From: Octopus sinensis
Taxonomy: Eukaryota
NCBI RefSeq assembly: GCF_006345805.1
Contig: NC_043018.1
Span: 22,692,001-22,756,000, forward strand
DNA length: 64,000 nucleotides
Direction: 5' to 3'
Made by a program: the position numbers and the translations under genes. The notes under the pieces are model-generated. The model saw nothing but the letters and a program-made list of their open reading frames with translations. It searched no databases and had not been told where the DNA came from. Numbering within the stretch: the first letter of the stretch is position 1; each line of letters starts with the position of its first letter. This document shows, one piece after another, positions 23,891 through 34,602 of the stretch.

Positions 23891-26319
23891 TTAATAATAA
23901 TAATTCTTTCTACTGGAAGCACAGGGTTTCAAATTTGGGAGAAGGGATTAAGTCGATTACATCAACCCCAGTGCGTAACTGGTACTTATTTAATTGACCC
24001 CGAAAGGATGACAGGCAAAATCAACTTCAGCAGAATTTGAACTCAGATTGAAGTGAGTGGCAAAATATTGCTATGCATTTCACCCAGTGTGCTAACGATT
24101 CTGCCAGCTTGCCACCTTAACAACAATATTTTCTACTAAGGCCTGAAATTTTTGTGGAGGGGACCAGTCAATTATATCGACCCCAGTATGCGACTGGTAC
24201 TTAATTAATCGACCCCGAAAGGATGAAAGGCAAAGTTGATGTCGGCAGAATTTGAACTCAGAACCTAAAGACAGATGAAATACCGCTAAGCATTTTGCCC
24301 AGGGTGCTAACATTTTTGCCAGCTTGCTGCCTTAATAATAATAAAAATAATAATCCTTTCCACTGGAAGCACAAGGGATTAAGTCGATTACATTGACCCC
24401 AGTATGTAACTGGTACTAATTTTATCAACCCCACCGAGAGGATGAAAGGCAAAGTCGACCTTGGTGGATTTCGAGTGCCAAACCTACCTAACGGTGGACA
24501 AAATACCACTAGGCATTTCTCCAAACATGCTAATGATTCTGTCAGCTCATTGCCTTTGCTAACCAACCACATGGTTCCAGGTTCAGTCCCACTGCGTGGC
24601 ATCTTGGGCAAGTGTCTTCTGCTATAGCCCCGGGCCGACCAATGCCTTGTGAGTGGATTTGGTAGACGTATATATGTATATATATATATATGTATGTATG
24701 TGTGTGTGTTTGTGTGTCTGTGTTTGTCCCCCTAGCATTGCTTGACAACCGATGCTGGTGTGTTTATGTCCCTGTTCCTTAGCGGTTCGGCAAAAAGAGA
24801 CCGATAGAATAAGTACTGGGCTTACAAAGAATGAGTCCCGGGGTCGATTTGCTCGACTAAAGGCGGTGCTCCAGCATGGCCGCAGTCAAATGACTGAAAC
24901 AAGTAAAAGAGTAAAGAGTAAATAATAATAATAGTAATAATAATAATATTTTTTTTTTTTTAAATGAACGAACTATTGAGTTTGGTTTAATGGCCTACCA
25001 ATGTATACTATGAGTTTCTTTGCCCTAGGAGTCGGGAAGACACTCGGCAAGAAATGGAAGCAAATTTGAAAGAAGAAAAAAAAAAAGTAAGAATAATAAT
25101 AATAATAAATTTATTTCTATGAGCAATTGAAATGGAAATGAGTAAAAGGAAGTTTGATGAGGAAAAAGATCATCACAGCAATGATGATGATGTTTTAAAT
25201 AGACGTGAGAGTTAAGGCAAGTAGAGTTAAAAATAATAATAATAATTTTAATAATAATGATGATGATGATGATGATGATGAACTATGTGTTTATCTCTGA
25301 AGTTTTTTTTTTTTGTTATTTCTTTTGTTGGCACCCAAAACTTCTGTCTTCAGTTCACATAATGATGATGATGAAGATGACGATGATGACGGCGATGACG
25401 ATAGTGACGGTGTCATCATTTTCATCAAATCGTTCTCCATCCTGCGTGGTGATAAAAAAGTCTGTGGTATTTTGTATGAGGTTCTGGATGGGTATATGGG
25501 TGGGTGGGGGCGGGGTGGATGGATGGATGGATGGATGGGTGGATGGGTGGGGGAGGTCTTCTTTGATTATTTGTTTTTTTTTTCTTTTCTTATTTTATTG
25601 TTTATATATAATTATTCTTCTCTTTCCCCCCACCCCACCCCCACCCGTCCTTTCTTTTTCCTGCTAAGTGGAACGAATGATCGCAGAAAGTTCTATTAGC
25701 AGAGTAACTTATTGCCATAACAACTGTCATCGCTACCATCAACATCACTGCCGCCACCACCACCATCATCATCATCATCACTATTTCTTGATAGTGTCTG
25801 TATGCCAGATGGGACATTTCATTTGGCTTAATAATAATAATAATAATCCTTTCTACAAAAGGCACAAGGCCTGAAATTTGGGGTGAGTGGATAAGTACAT
25901 TATCTCGACCCCAGTATTTCATTGGTGCTTAATTTGTCGACCCCGAAAGGAGGAAAGTCAAAGTCGACCTCAGCGGGATTTGAACTCAGAATGTAGACAC
26001 GAAAGAAAATGCCGCTAAGCATTTTGCCTGGCGAGTTAACGATTCTGCCAGCTCGCCACTAATAAAAATAATTAAAAAAATAAAAATAATAATAATAAAA
26101 AGTAATAAAAAATGAATCGTCATCGTCGCCGTCATCATCATCATCATTGTTGTTGTCATCATCAATGTCTGTTGCTGATTATGTCAATATTACAAGGTGG
26201 TGATGTTGGTGATGTTGGTGGTGGTGGTGGTGGTGGCGGTGATGGTTGTGGTGGAGGGGACATTTCCTGTCTGTGGGTTTGTTTGCTTTTTTTTTCCCCC
26301 TATTTTTTTTTCTTTTTAA

Positions 26320-26466
26320 TTAACAGTAGTCGTCGTCATCATCTTCTCGACTGTCTGTTGATTGTGCCATATTCTTCTGTGTCAGCTGCAGTTGCTGTTG
26401 CTGTTGCAGCGCATTCTGCACTTGCAGTCGTTGTTGCTGTTCAATCTGCTGCTGTTCAAGACGAGC
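26320..26466 (-). CDS. DR1: DR1 / NC2-beta coding exon 3
   Basis: Acceptor TTTTCTAG|GCT. Reads ARLEQQQIEQQQRLQVQNALQQQQQLQLTQKNMAQSTDSREDDDDDYC*: Q-rich then acidic tail typical of DR1. 147 nt, phase 0. Confidence 0.9.
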   Translation of the reverse strand, partial: ARLEQQQIEQQQRLQVQNALQQQQQLQLTQKNMAQSTDSREDDDDDYC

Positions 26467-26492
26467 CTAGAAAACGAAAAAAAAAAAACAAA

Positions 26493-26529
<37 letters not shown>

Positions 26530-26667
26530 AAGAAACAAAAAGTTTGTTGTCATGGCTTCTTTTATCTTTTATTTGTTTCAGGTAGAAGACTCTGGCCATG
26601 CTGGAGGATCACCTTGAAAGATTTTAATCAAACAAATCAAATAGATCTCAGGACTTATTTTTATTAA

Positions 26668-27736
26668 CCCTTTCGTTACCAAACCGCCCAAAGCCGCCCG
26701 AAAAAAATTTTCGTTAATGTGACCAAACCGCCCAAACCCGCCCGTATTTACCTATTCATATTTAAATGAGAATATCAGAGCAAATCTCTTTAGTACATTC
26801 GTGAAAACATATTATTCTTCGTAAAGAGTTCAACTACAGTTTTGTACAATAATCGAAGTGTAATTTTAATTCCGTGAATTTTGGGAGATTTTTTTCCGAA
26901 ATTTGTTCCTATTGTGTTTTCAAAATTTGTAATTCTGACAAAAAATGGATACGAATTTCATTATATCAAGCAGCGAGTCAGAATTCGAAGAATTTTCTAC
27001 TGAAGACCTTCGTAAATCTAACTCTATGACTGAAAAAAAAAAGCACGTGGTATTTGATAATGAATCTGATGTTTCATTTTCCGAAAGTGAAAACAGTGAA
27101 TCCGAGAGCTTCGACAGCGATAAAGAAAATGAATTGGCACCTGAATGGAGTGAAAATTTAAAAACTGTTTCGGTGATTTTTCTGAAGAAACTGGACCAAG
27201 CCAGGAGAGTAAAGCCTTAGACTATTTCTTTTTACTTTTTCGAATGAGCCTATTTGAAATCATTACGGCGGAAACGAACCGTTACACTAAATGTAAACAA
27301 AGCGAAAGAAAGGATAGTTAGTGGTTTCCCACAAACTTAAATGAAATTAAGACTATTTTGCCATAAATATTATTATGGGTATCAGAAAGTTACCCAGAAT
27401 AACAAATTCTATCGTAAAATTTTGTTGTATACCCAATTGAATATTAGCTAATAACCCATTTTCTATAGCGATGTTTGAACAAAATTTTAATAATTTTATA
27501 TTTTGTTGAATTTACCTGTATCTACCTGCAATTAGAGTCACTTTGTGACAAAAATTATAGTATAGAATTGGTTGAGAATATTTCATTAAATTATCTACCA
27601 AAAATCAGATTAATATATTGATAAATAAAAAAAGTTATAGTTGTTTAATGAAACCAGACTAAATTTATGATTATGTTAGAAATTAATTGAAACACATAAG
27701 GGGTGTATTTTGGTCAGAAATATAGTAACGAAAGGG
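26668..27736 (+). mobile_element. Internally deleted piggyBac transposon in DR1 intron 2
   Basis: TTAA TSDs (26664-26667, 27737-27740) and a 12-bp TIR CCCTTTCGTTAC/GTAACGAAAGGG. The acidic S/E/D-rich ORF at 26945-27220 continues, frameshifted, as ITAETNRY...WFPTNLNEIK...IIMGIRKLPRI, which is the piggyBac transposase N-terminal pattern. Confidence 0.85.
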
Positions 27737-29501
27737 TTAAACCTTTCACTTTTGGCAACAAATTGAAAACAACTGTATTTCACACATAAAACTTAATTAA
27801 CCTATTAATATTTTTTTTTACATTTATCACTCCATTTAGGCCATCCCATTATCATCCCACATTTCTTCAACACCCCACTAGATCTTTCCACTGCCCACAA
27901 GGGGGCAGTACTGTCCACTTTGGGAACCACTGATTTAGACGACAATTTATTCACTGTACCCAGTATGTATATATATATCACCGTGACCACCGTGACAGAC
28001 CAGGCTATCAGATATTGCTACACATCGCTGGTCACAATGCGTTTCGCATTGTTTTAGCCTTTAAATGATGCCACCCCGCTGGCTAAGCGAGCAGGCCAAC
28101 AAAAGAAAGAGTGAGAGAAAGTTGCGGCGAAAGAGTACAGCAGGGATCGCCACCACCCCCTGCCAGAGCCTTGTAGAACTTTAGGTGTTTTAGCTCAATA
28201 AACACTCACAATGCCTAGTCTAGAAATCGAAACCGTGATCCTATGATCGCGGGTCCGCTGCCCTAACCACTGGGCCATTGCGCCTTATATATATATATAT
28301 AAGGCGCAATGGCCACAACAGTACTGATGCAGGTACTGGTGCCATGTAAAAAATATCCAGTACACTCTGTGGAGTGGTTGGCATTAGGAAGAGTAGCCTG
28401 CCACAGAAACCAAGCCAAAACAGACTATGGAACTTGGTGCAGCCCCTGGCCTTACCAGCTCTGGTCAAACTGACCAACCCATGCCAGCATGGAAAATGGA
28501 TGTTAAATTATGATAAGGATAGACATACAAGCACAGGAGTGACTGTGTGGTAAGAAGCTTGCTTCCCTCGAGATGTAAAAAAAGGTAAGAGGCTAAGTGC
28601 CTTATTTTGTAAGGACGTGGAGCCCATTTGTGAAAAATGTAAGAGGCTTAGTGCCTCATTTGAAAGGACCTTGTGTCCCATTGAGGTTTACAACCTCAAT
28701 TTGTTTTTATAAAAGAGTGAAAAAGAACAATGTTTTCGGGAAGCAGCGATCATCGGGCGCCGTCTGCTTCCCTCATCAATATCATTGTTTTACTCATCAT
28801 TCACTTCATTTGTGTTGTTGTCCAGCCCGCATCTGCTTCCATTTATGTAAAGCCTTTTATGGCTAATTTGATGAAATAAAGAAGCTTGCTTCCCAACCAC
28901 ATGGTTCCGTGTTCAGTCCCACTGCATGGCACCCTGGGCAAGTGTCTTCCAGTTTTATAACTCAATATGTGAGAAATAATAGATAATTACAAAAAAATGT
29001 ATTCATCATCATCATCATCATCATTTAACGTCTGCTTTCCATGCTAGCATGGGTTGGACGGTTCAACTGGGGTCTGGGAAGCCAGAAGACTGCACTAGGC
29101 CCAGTTTGATCTGGCAATGTTTCTACGGCTGGATGCCCTTCCTAACGCCAACCACTCCATGAGTGTAGTGGGTGCTTTTTACGTGCCACCGGCACAGGTA
29201 CCAGACAAGTCTGCCAAACAGCCACGATCAGATGGTGCTTTTTATGTGCCACTGGCACGGGGGCCAGGTGAGGCTGGCAACGGCCACGAATGGATGGTGC
29301 TTTTTACGTGCCACCGGCATGAGGCCAGTCGGGGCGGCGCTGGCAACGGCCACAGGATACAGGCATGGTTCAGTGGTGGTGGTGACAATGATGGTGGTGG
29401 TGACGATTACGGTGGTGGTGGTGGTGATAAATTTAGAAAAGGAAAAACATAAAACATTTTTGAAATAAAAATGACAAAAAAAAAGAAGGAAAACCACTAA
29501 C

Positions 29502-29665
29502 TTTGGCAAATAATTCCTGCTGTTGACGTAAAAGTTCTTCTTCTGGAATGCCAAGGTTCTCAAGACGTGAGCTTCCTTTCCGTTTCTTAGCAGCAACTGC
29601 CTTGGCTTCCTCTAACACAGCGACAGCATCTTCTTTGTAAGAACTAAATCCAAGACTGTCCAATG
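29502..29665 (-). CDS. DR1: DR1 / NC2-beta coding exon 2
   Basis: Acceptor TTCTTTTAG|CA, donor AAA|GTTAGT. Reads (A)LDSLGFSSYKEDAVAVLEEAKAVAAKKRKGSSRLENLGIPEEELLRQQQELFAK, containing the hallmark RLENLGIPEEELLRQQQELFAK. 164 nt. Confidence 0.96.
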
Positions 29666-30755
29666 CTAAAAGAAAAAAAACCCACAAGAATTACATAAAA
29701 GTCAACCAGCAAGTTGCATTTAATCATTCTTCTATTCTTAGATGGTGGCCATTCTGGAGTCACATCTTTGAGAATTTTAACCCTTTTGGTACCAATCTGC
29801 CCAGGAGGGACCACCTCTGATCCGATGATACAAAATTCCTGCCTTTTAAAGCAGTCTGAAGCAGTGATTTCCAACGTTGGGGATATACCCCCACTGGCAG
29901 GGCCCAGTAATCCTTTTTTTTTTTGTGGGACAAGGAATTGTGAAAATCTTTTTTTTGCACACAGTAAACATATAACACCTATACTCAGCCGGGCCAAGCC
30001 ATCCCTCACATCATCATCATCATCATCATCATCATTATTATTTAACATCTGTTTCCCATGCTGGCATGGGTTAGATGGATTGATTGGAATCAGTAAGCCA
30101 GTGAGCTGTACCAGGCTCCAGTTTGGTTTGGCCTGGTTCCGTTCCTACGGCTGGATGCCCTTCCTAATGCCAAATTGTAATAAAATATTAAGAAGGCATA
30201 GGAGTGGCTGTGTGGTAAGTAGCTTGTTTACCAACCACATGGTTCTGGGTTCAGTCCCACTGTGTGGCACCTTGGGCAAGTGTCTTCTACTATAGCCTCG
30301 GGCCGACCAAAGCCTTGTGAGTGGATTTGGTAGACGGAAACTGAAAGAAGCCCATCGTATATATGTATATGTATATATGCATGTGTGTGTTTGTCCCCCT
30401 AGCATTGCTTGACAACCGATGCTGGTGTGTTTACATCCCCGTTACTTAGCGGTTCGGCAAAAGAGACCGATAGAATAAGTACTGGGCTTGCAAAAGAATA
30501 AGTCCTGGGGTCGAGTTGCTCAATTAAAGGCGGTGCTCCAGCATGGCCGCAGTCAAATGACTGAAACAAGTAAAAGAGTAAAGAGTAATAAAGTTGTTTT
30601 TACCCAACCACTGGTGGTGCATATAGTTTTCTGGAAAGATATATTAGGGGTGTGGGGGCCTGGGGGGGTGGAATAGGTTGGGAAATACTGGTTTAAAAAT
30701 AAACCCTGTCATCAAATCAAACATTTGTTGATTTATGTTCCAAACACCACTTTAA

Positions 30756-30963
30756 CCCTTTAGCATTTAAACCGGCCATATCCGACCAAAACATTGTCCC
30801 TTTTTTTCTGTTCAAACCAGCCAGATCAGGTTTCTCACACCTATCCTTCAATGTCATTCTAAAAATAAACAATCACAACAGCAAACTCTCTCAGCTATTT
30901 GATGATTAATACAAAACACTTGACTAACTGAACGTTTGACAGAATCATTTGAATGCTAAAGTG
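30756..30963. mobile_element. piggyBac-type MITE, solitary copy
   Basis: TTAA|CCCTTTAGCATT...AATGCTAAAGTG|TTAA. Confidence 0.7.
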
Positions 30964-31610
30964 TTAAAAACTCTTTCTAATTTTGGCTCAAGGTCAACGA
31001 TTCTGAAAGAAGGGGGCAAGTTGATTACACTGACTTCAGTATTTGACTGCTCCTTACTTTATATAGACCCTGCAAGGATCACGGCCGAAGTCAACTTCAG
31101 TGGGATCATCATCATCATCATCGTTTAACGTCCGTTCTCCATGCTAGCATGGGTTGGACGGTTCGACCGGGGATCTGGGAAGCCAGAAGGCTGCACCAGG
31201 CTCCAGTCTCATCTGGCAATGTTTCTACAGCTGGATGCCCTTCCTAACGCCAACCACTCCGTGAGTGTAGTGGGTGCTTTTTATGAGTCACATATATATA
31301 AGGCGCTGGAGTAGCTGTATGGTAAGTAGCTTGCTTACCAACCACATGACTTGCTTCTAATGAGTTTCTATGGAGACATCTGAGGATTCTACCCCAATGA
31401 ATCCTCCCAGAGAAAATGGATGGAGGGAGGGATGGAAAAAAAAATCAGTAAATTTACTTAGAAATACAATCACTGTCCAATGCTAAAAGAAATCTCACAA
31501 GAAATACATGGTCAGTTGGTCAGAAGATTACATTTTATCATTCTTCTATTCTTGGACTGTTGCCATGATAGGGACTTCTTTGAGAATTTGGATCCTTTCA
31601 GTACCAACCT

Positions 31611-31839
31611 ATTTCTTTACTACCCACAAGGGGCTAAACACAGAGAGGATAAACAAGGACAGACAAACAGATTAAGTCGATTATATCGAGCCCAGTGCGT
31701 AACTGGTACTTATTTAATCGACCCCGAAAGGATGAACGGCAAAGTCGACCTCGGCGGAATTTGAATTCAGAACGTAGCGGCAGACGAAATACCGCTAAGC
31801 ATTTTCGCCTGACATGCTAACATTTCTGCCAGCTCGCCA
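31611..31839 (-). mobile_element. Family B SINE with a 17-bp target-site duplication
   Basis: CCTTTCAGTACCAACCT at 31594-31610 and 31840-31856 flanks a full monomer. Confidence 0.9.
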
Positions 31840-31970
31840 CCTTTCAGTACCAACCTGCCCTGGGACCACTTCTGACTCTATGAGACAAACTTCCTGCTTT
31901 TTAAAATGGTCTAAAATAAACCATCTCATCAGATACAGTTATGAAACAGCCAAAGTAGAGTCATACATAC

Positions 31971-32193
31971 CTGCCAGTACATGTTCTGGTGAAATGGTTT
32001 TCTTTGTCTGTTTGTTACAGATTTCATTGGCTTCTGACGAGACAAGGTGAATAAATTCCGTACAACAATTGAGTATCAATTCACGGGAGTCATTAGCTAC
32101 ACGGATATTTGGAACAAGTTCTTTGATCATTTTGTTCAAAGCTGCTCTTGGAATGCTAAGTTCATCATCGTCTCGGTTATCTGCCATCATCAT
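31971..32193 (-). CDS. DR1: DR1 / NC2-beta coding exon 1 (H2B-like histone fold)
   Basis: MMMADNRDDDELSIPRAALNKMIKELVPNIRVANDSRELILNCCTEFIHLVSSEANEICNKQTKKTISPEHVLA, donor G|GTATGT (phase 1). The three exons join in frame to 534 nt (177 aa). A probable upstream acceptor TCTTTTACAG| at 32512/32511 implies a non-coding first exon. Confidence 0.96.
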
Positions 32194-34569
32194 GGTTACC
32201 ACTTCAAATCTGAAAATATTCCACAGTCAACTCACGAATATCTTTATTATTTTTATTATTATTATTATTGCTTTTTTACTTTTGTTCTGTTTTTCTGTGG
32301 ATTTTTCAGTTTCTTCTTTTTAAAATAGCTCTTTTCTTTCATATATTTTTCACCGTCCTAGTCTCGTGTTTTTGGTGTGTTGGTTTTTGGTAAGCACCAC
32401 CAAGTCCAGTCAGTGGTTAGTATTCTCCTCAGTTTAGTTTGGTTTGTATTAAGACACATTCTTCAGTTCCCATTTGTGGCTGCTACGACTGGAATTTCTA
32501 CATAACTGCTTCTGTAAAAGACATCAACAGATTACCTTTAAATACAGGTAAAGAAACATGTTCTTGTTAATAGCAATCAAAACAATTTAGCAAAAGCATT
32601 TGTAAATTTTAATTGCTTAGAATGAGATGAAATAAAGATGATAAGAAGAAGCAAAGAGTAATTATGGCAACAAACGTTAATATTTTGTGAGGCAAAGGAT
32701 TGGCTGTGTGGTAAGTAGCTTGCTTACCAACCATATAGTTCCGGTTTCAGACCTACTATGCGGCACCTTGGGCAAGTGTCTTCTACTAAAGCCTCGGGTC
32801 GACCAAAGCCATTTGAATGGATTTGATGGATGGAAACTGAAAGAATCCTGTCGTGTGTGTGTGTGTATGTTTGTGTGTCTGTGTTTGTCCACTCACCATT
32901 GCTTGACAACCGGTGTTGGTGTGTTTGCATCCCCATAACTTAGCGGTTCAGGAAAAGCGACTGATAGAGTAAGTACTAGGCTTACAAAAAATAAGTCCTG
33001 GGGTCGATTTGCTCAACTAAAGGTGGTGCTCCAGCATGGCCGCAGTCAAATGACTGAAACAAATAAAAGAATATGTGAATGTGTTTATGGATGTATGTGT
33101 GTATGGAGGACTCTCCTGTCATGAATAACAGATGAGGATGCTGCAATCTGTTGCCAAGCAACCTACACAGGTGACAACTGTTTATAGTGATCAGAATGTT
33201 TGCACTGCTCATTAGTTCAGACCCTCCATGAAATTGAAATTACCTGTGCAGGTGTGCACAGTGCGTCATGCATCAGATGTCACAGTGATTGTGGAGGAAT
33301 GTGAGATGAAGAGTCTTGTTCGAGAATGCAACGCATCGCTTGGTCCAGGAATCAAAACGATAACAATCGCACGTTTGTGAGCGCAACAGCTTAACCGTAA
33401 GGTCATAAACACACACATACATATATATATAGGCGCAGGAGTGGCTGTGTGGTAAGTAGCTTGTCTACCAACCACATGGTTCCGGGTTCAGTCCCACTGC
33501 GTGGCACCTTGGGCAAGTGTCTTCTACTATAGCCTCGGGCCGACCAAAGCCTTGTGAGTGGATTTGGTAGATGGAAACTGAAAGAAGCCCGTCGTATATA
33601 TGTATGTATATATATGCATGTGTGTGTTTGTGTGTGTGTGTTTGTCCCCTACCATTGCTTGACAACGGATGCTGGTGTGTTTATGTCCCCGTTACTTAGC
33701 GGTTCGGCAAAAGAGAGCGATAGAATAAGTACTGGGCTTAGAAAAGAATAACTCCCGGGGTTGAGTTGCTCGATTAAAGGCGATGCTCCAGCATGGCCAC
33801 AGTCAAATGACTGAAACAAGTAAAAGAGTATATATATATATATACACATATGATGGCTGTCTATTCGTTATACAAGCATGACCATCACTAACAAGTTTCA
33901 GCCATGCTTGCACAAAGGTTTGAAGTCAAGTACAGCTTGCAGAACACCACAATGACTCTCACTAGCGATACCAAGAAACCTATAGACAAGTGCAAGCTAT
34001 CTGGCTCAGTGGAGCAGTAGGTCTTATATATGAATTGGCCTTTTCCTACAGGGGTGCCTTAACAAAGACCAGAGGTCACTCACTTGGACACCAGCTTCAG
34101 TATTTGTATGTCCCAGTACACATACACACACAAAATTTAACAAAAACACAACAGGAAAAATTTTTACAAAAACAACAGAATATTCGTAGCTAATTCCTCA
34201 TCAGCCAACGTCCAAGATACTTACAATTTCTAACCTTTACACACACAAACATGTCCCAAAAGCCAATAAGAGAGTCTCTCTCATATGTACCACAGTATAG
34301 TTTGTTCTAAGATAACATCTACATTTAAGTGGGCATAAATAAAACCTCTCAGTAATATTCCTGCCACAGTCACTAATATATACATTCATAAATATATAGG
34401 CGCAGGAGTGGCTGTGTGGTAAGTAGCTTGCTAACCAACCACATGGTTCCGGGTTCAGTCCCACTGTGTGGCATCTTGGGTAAGTGTCTTCTGCTATAGC
34501 CCCGGGCCGACCAATGCCTTGTGAGTGGATTTGGTAGACGGAAACTGAAAGAAGCCTGTCGTATATATG

Positions 34570-34602
<33 letters not shown>

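Noticed and set aside
26945-27220. Acidic 91-aa ORF as a host gene
   Set aside because: It lies between piggyBac TIRs and continues as a frameshifted transposase.
29433-30295. ORFs 29644-30048 and 29714-30295 as extra genes
   Set aside because: They are intronic, overlap repeats and have no recognisable protein features. Only 29502-29665 is coding.
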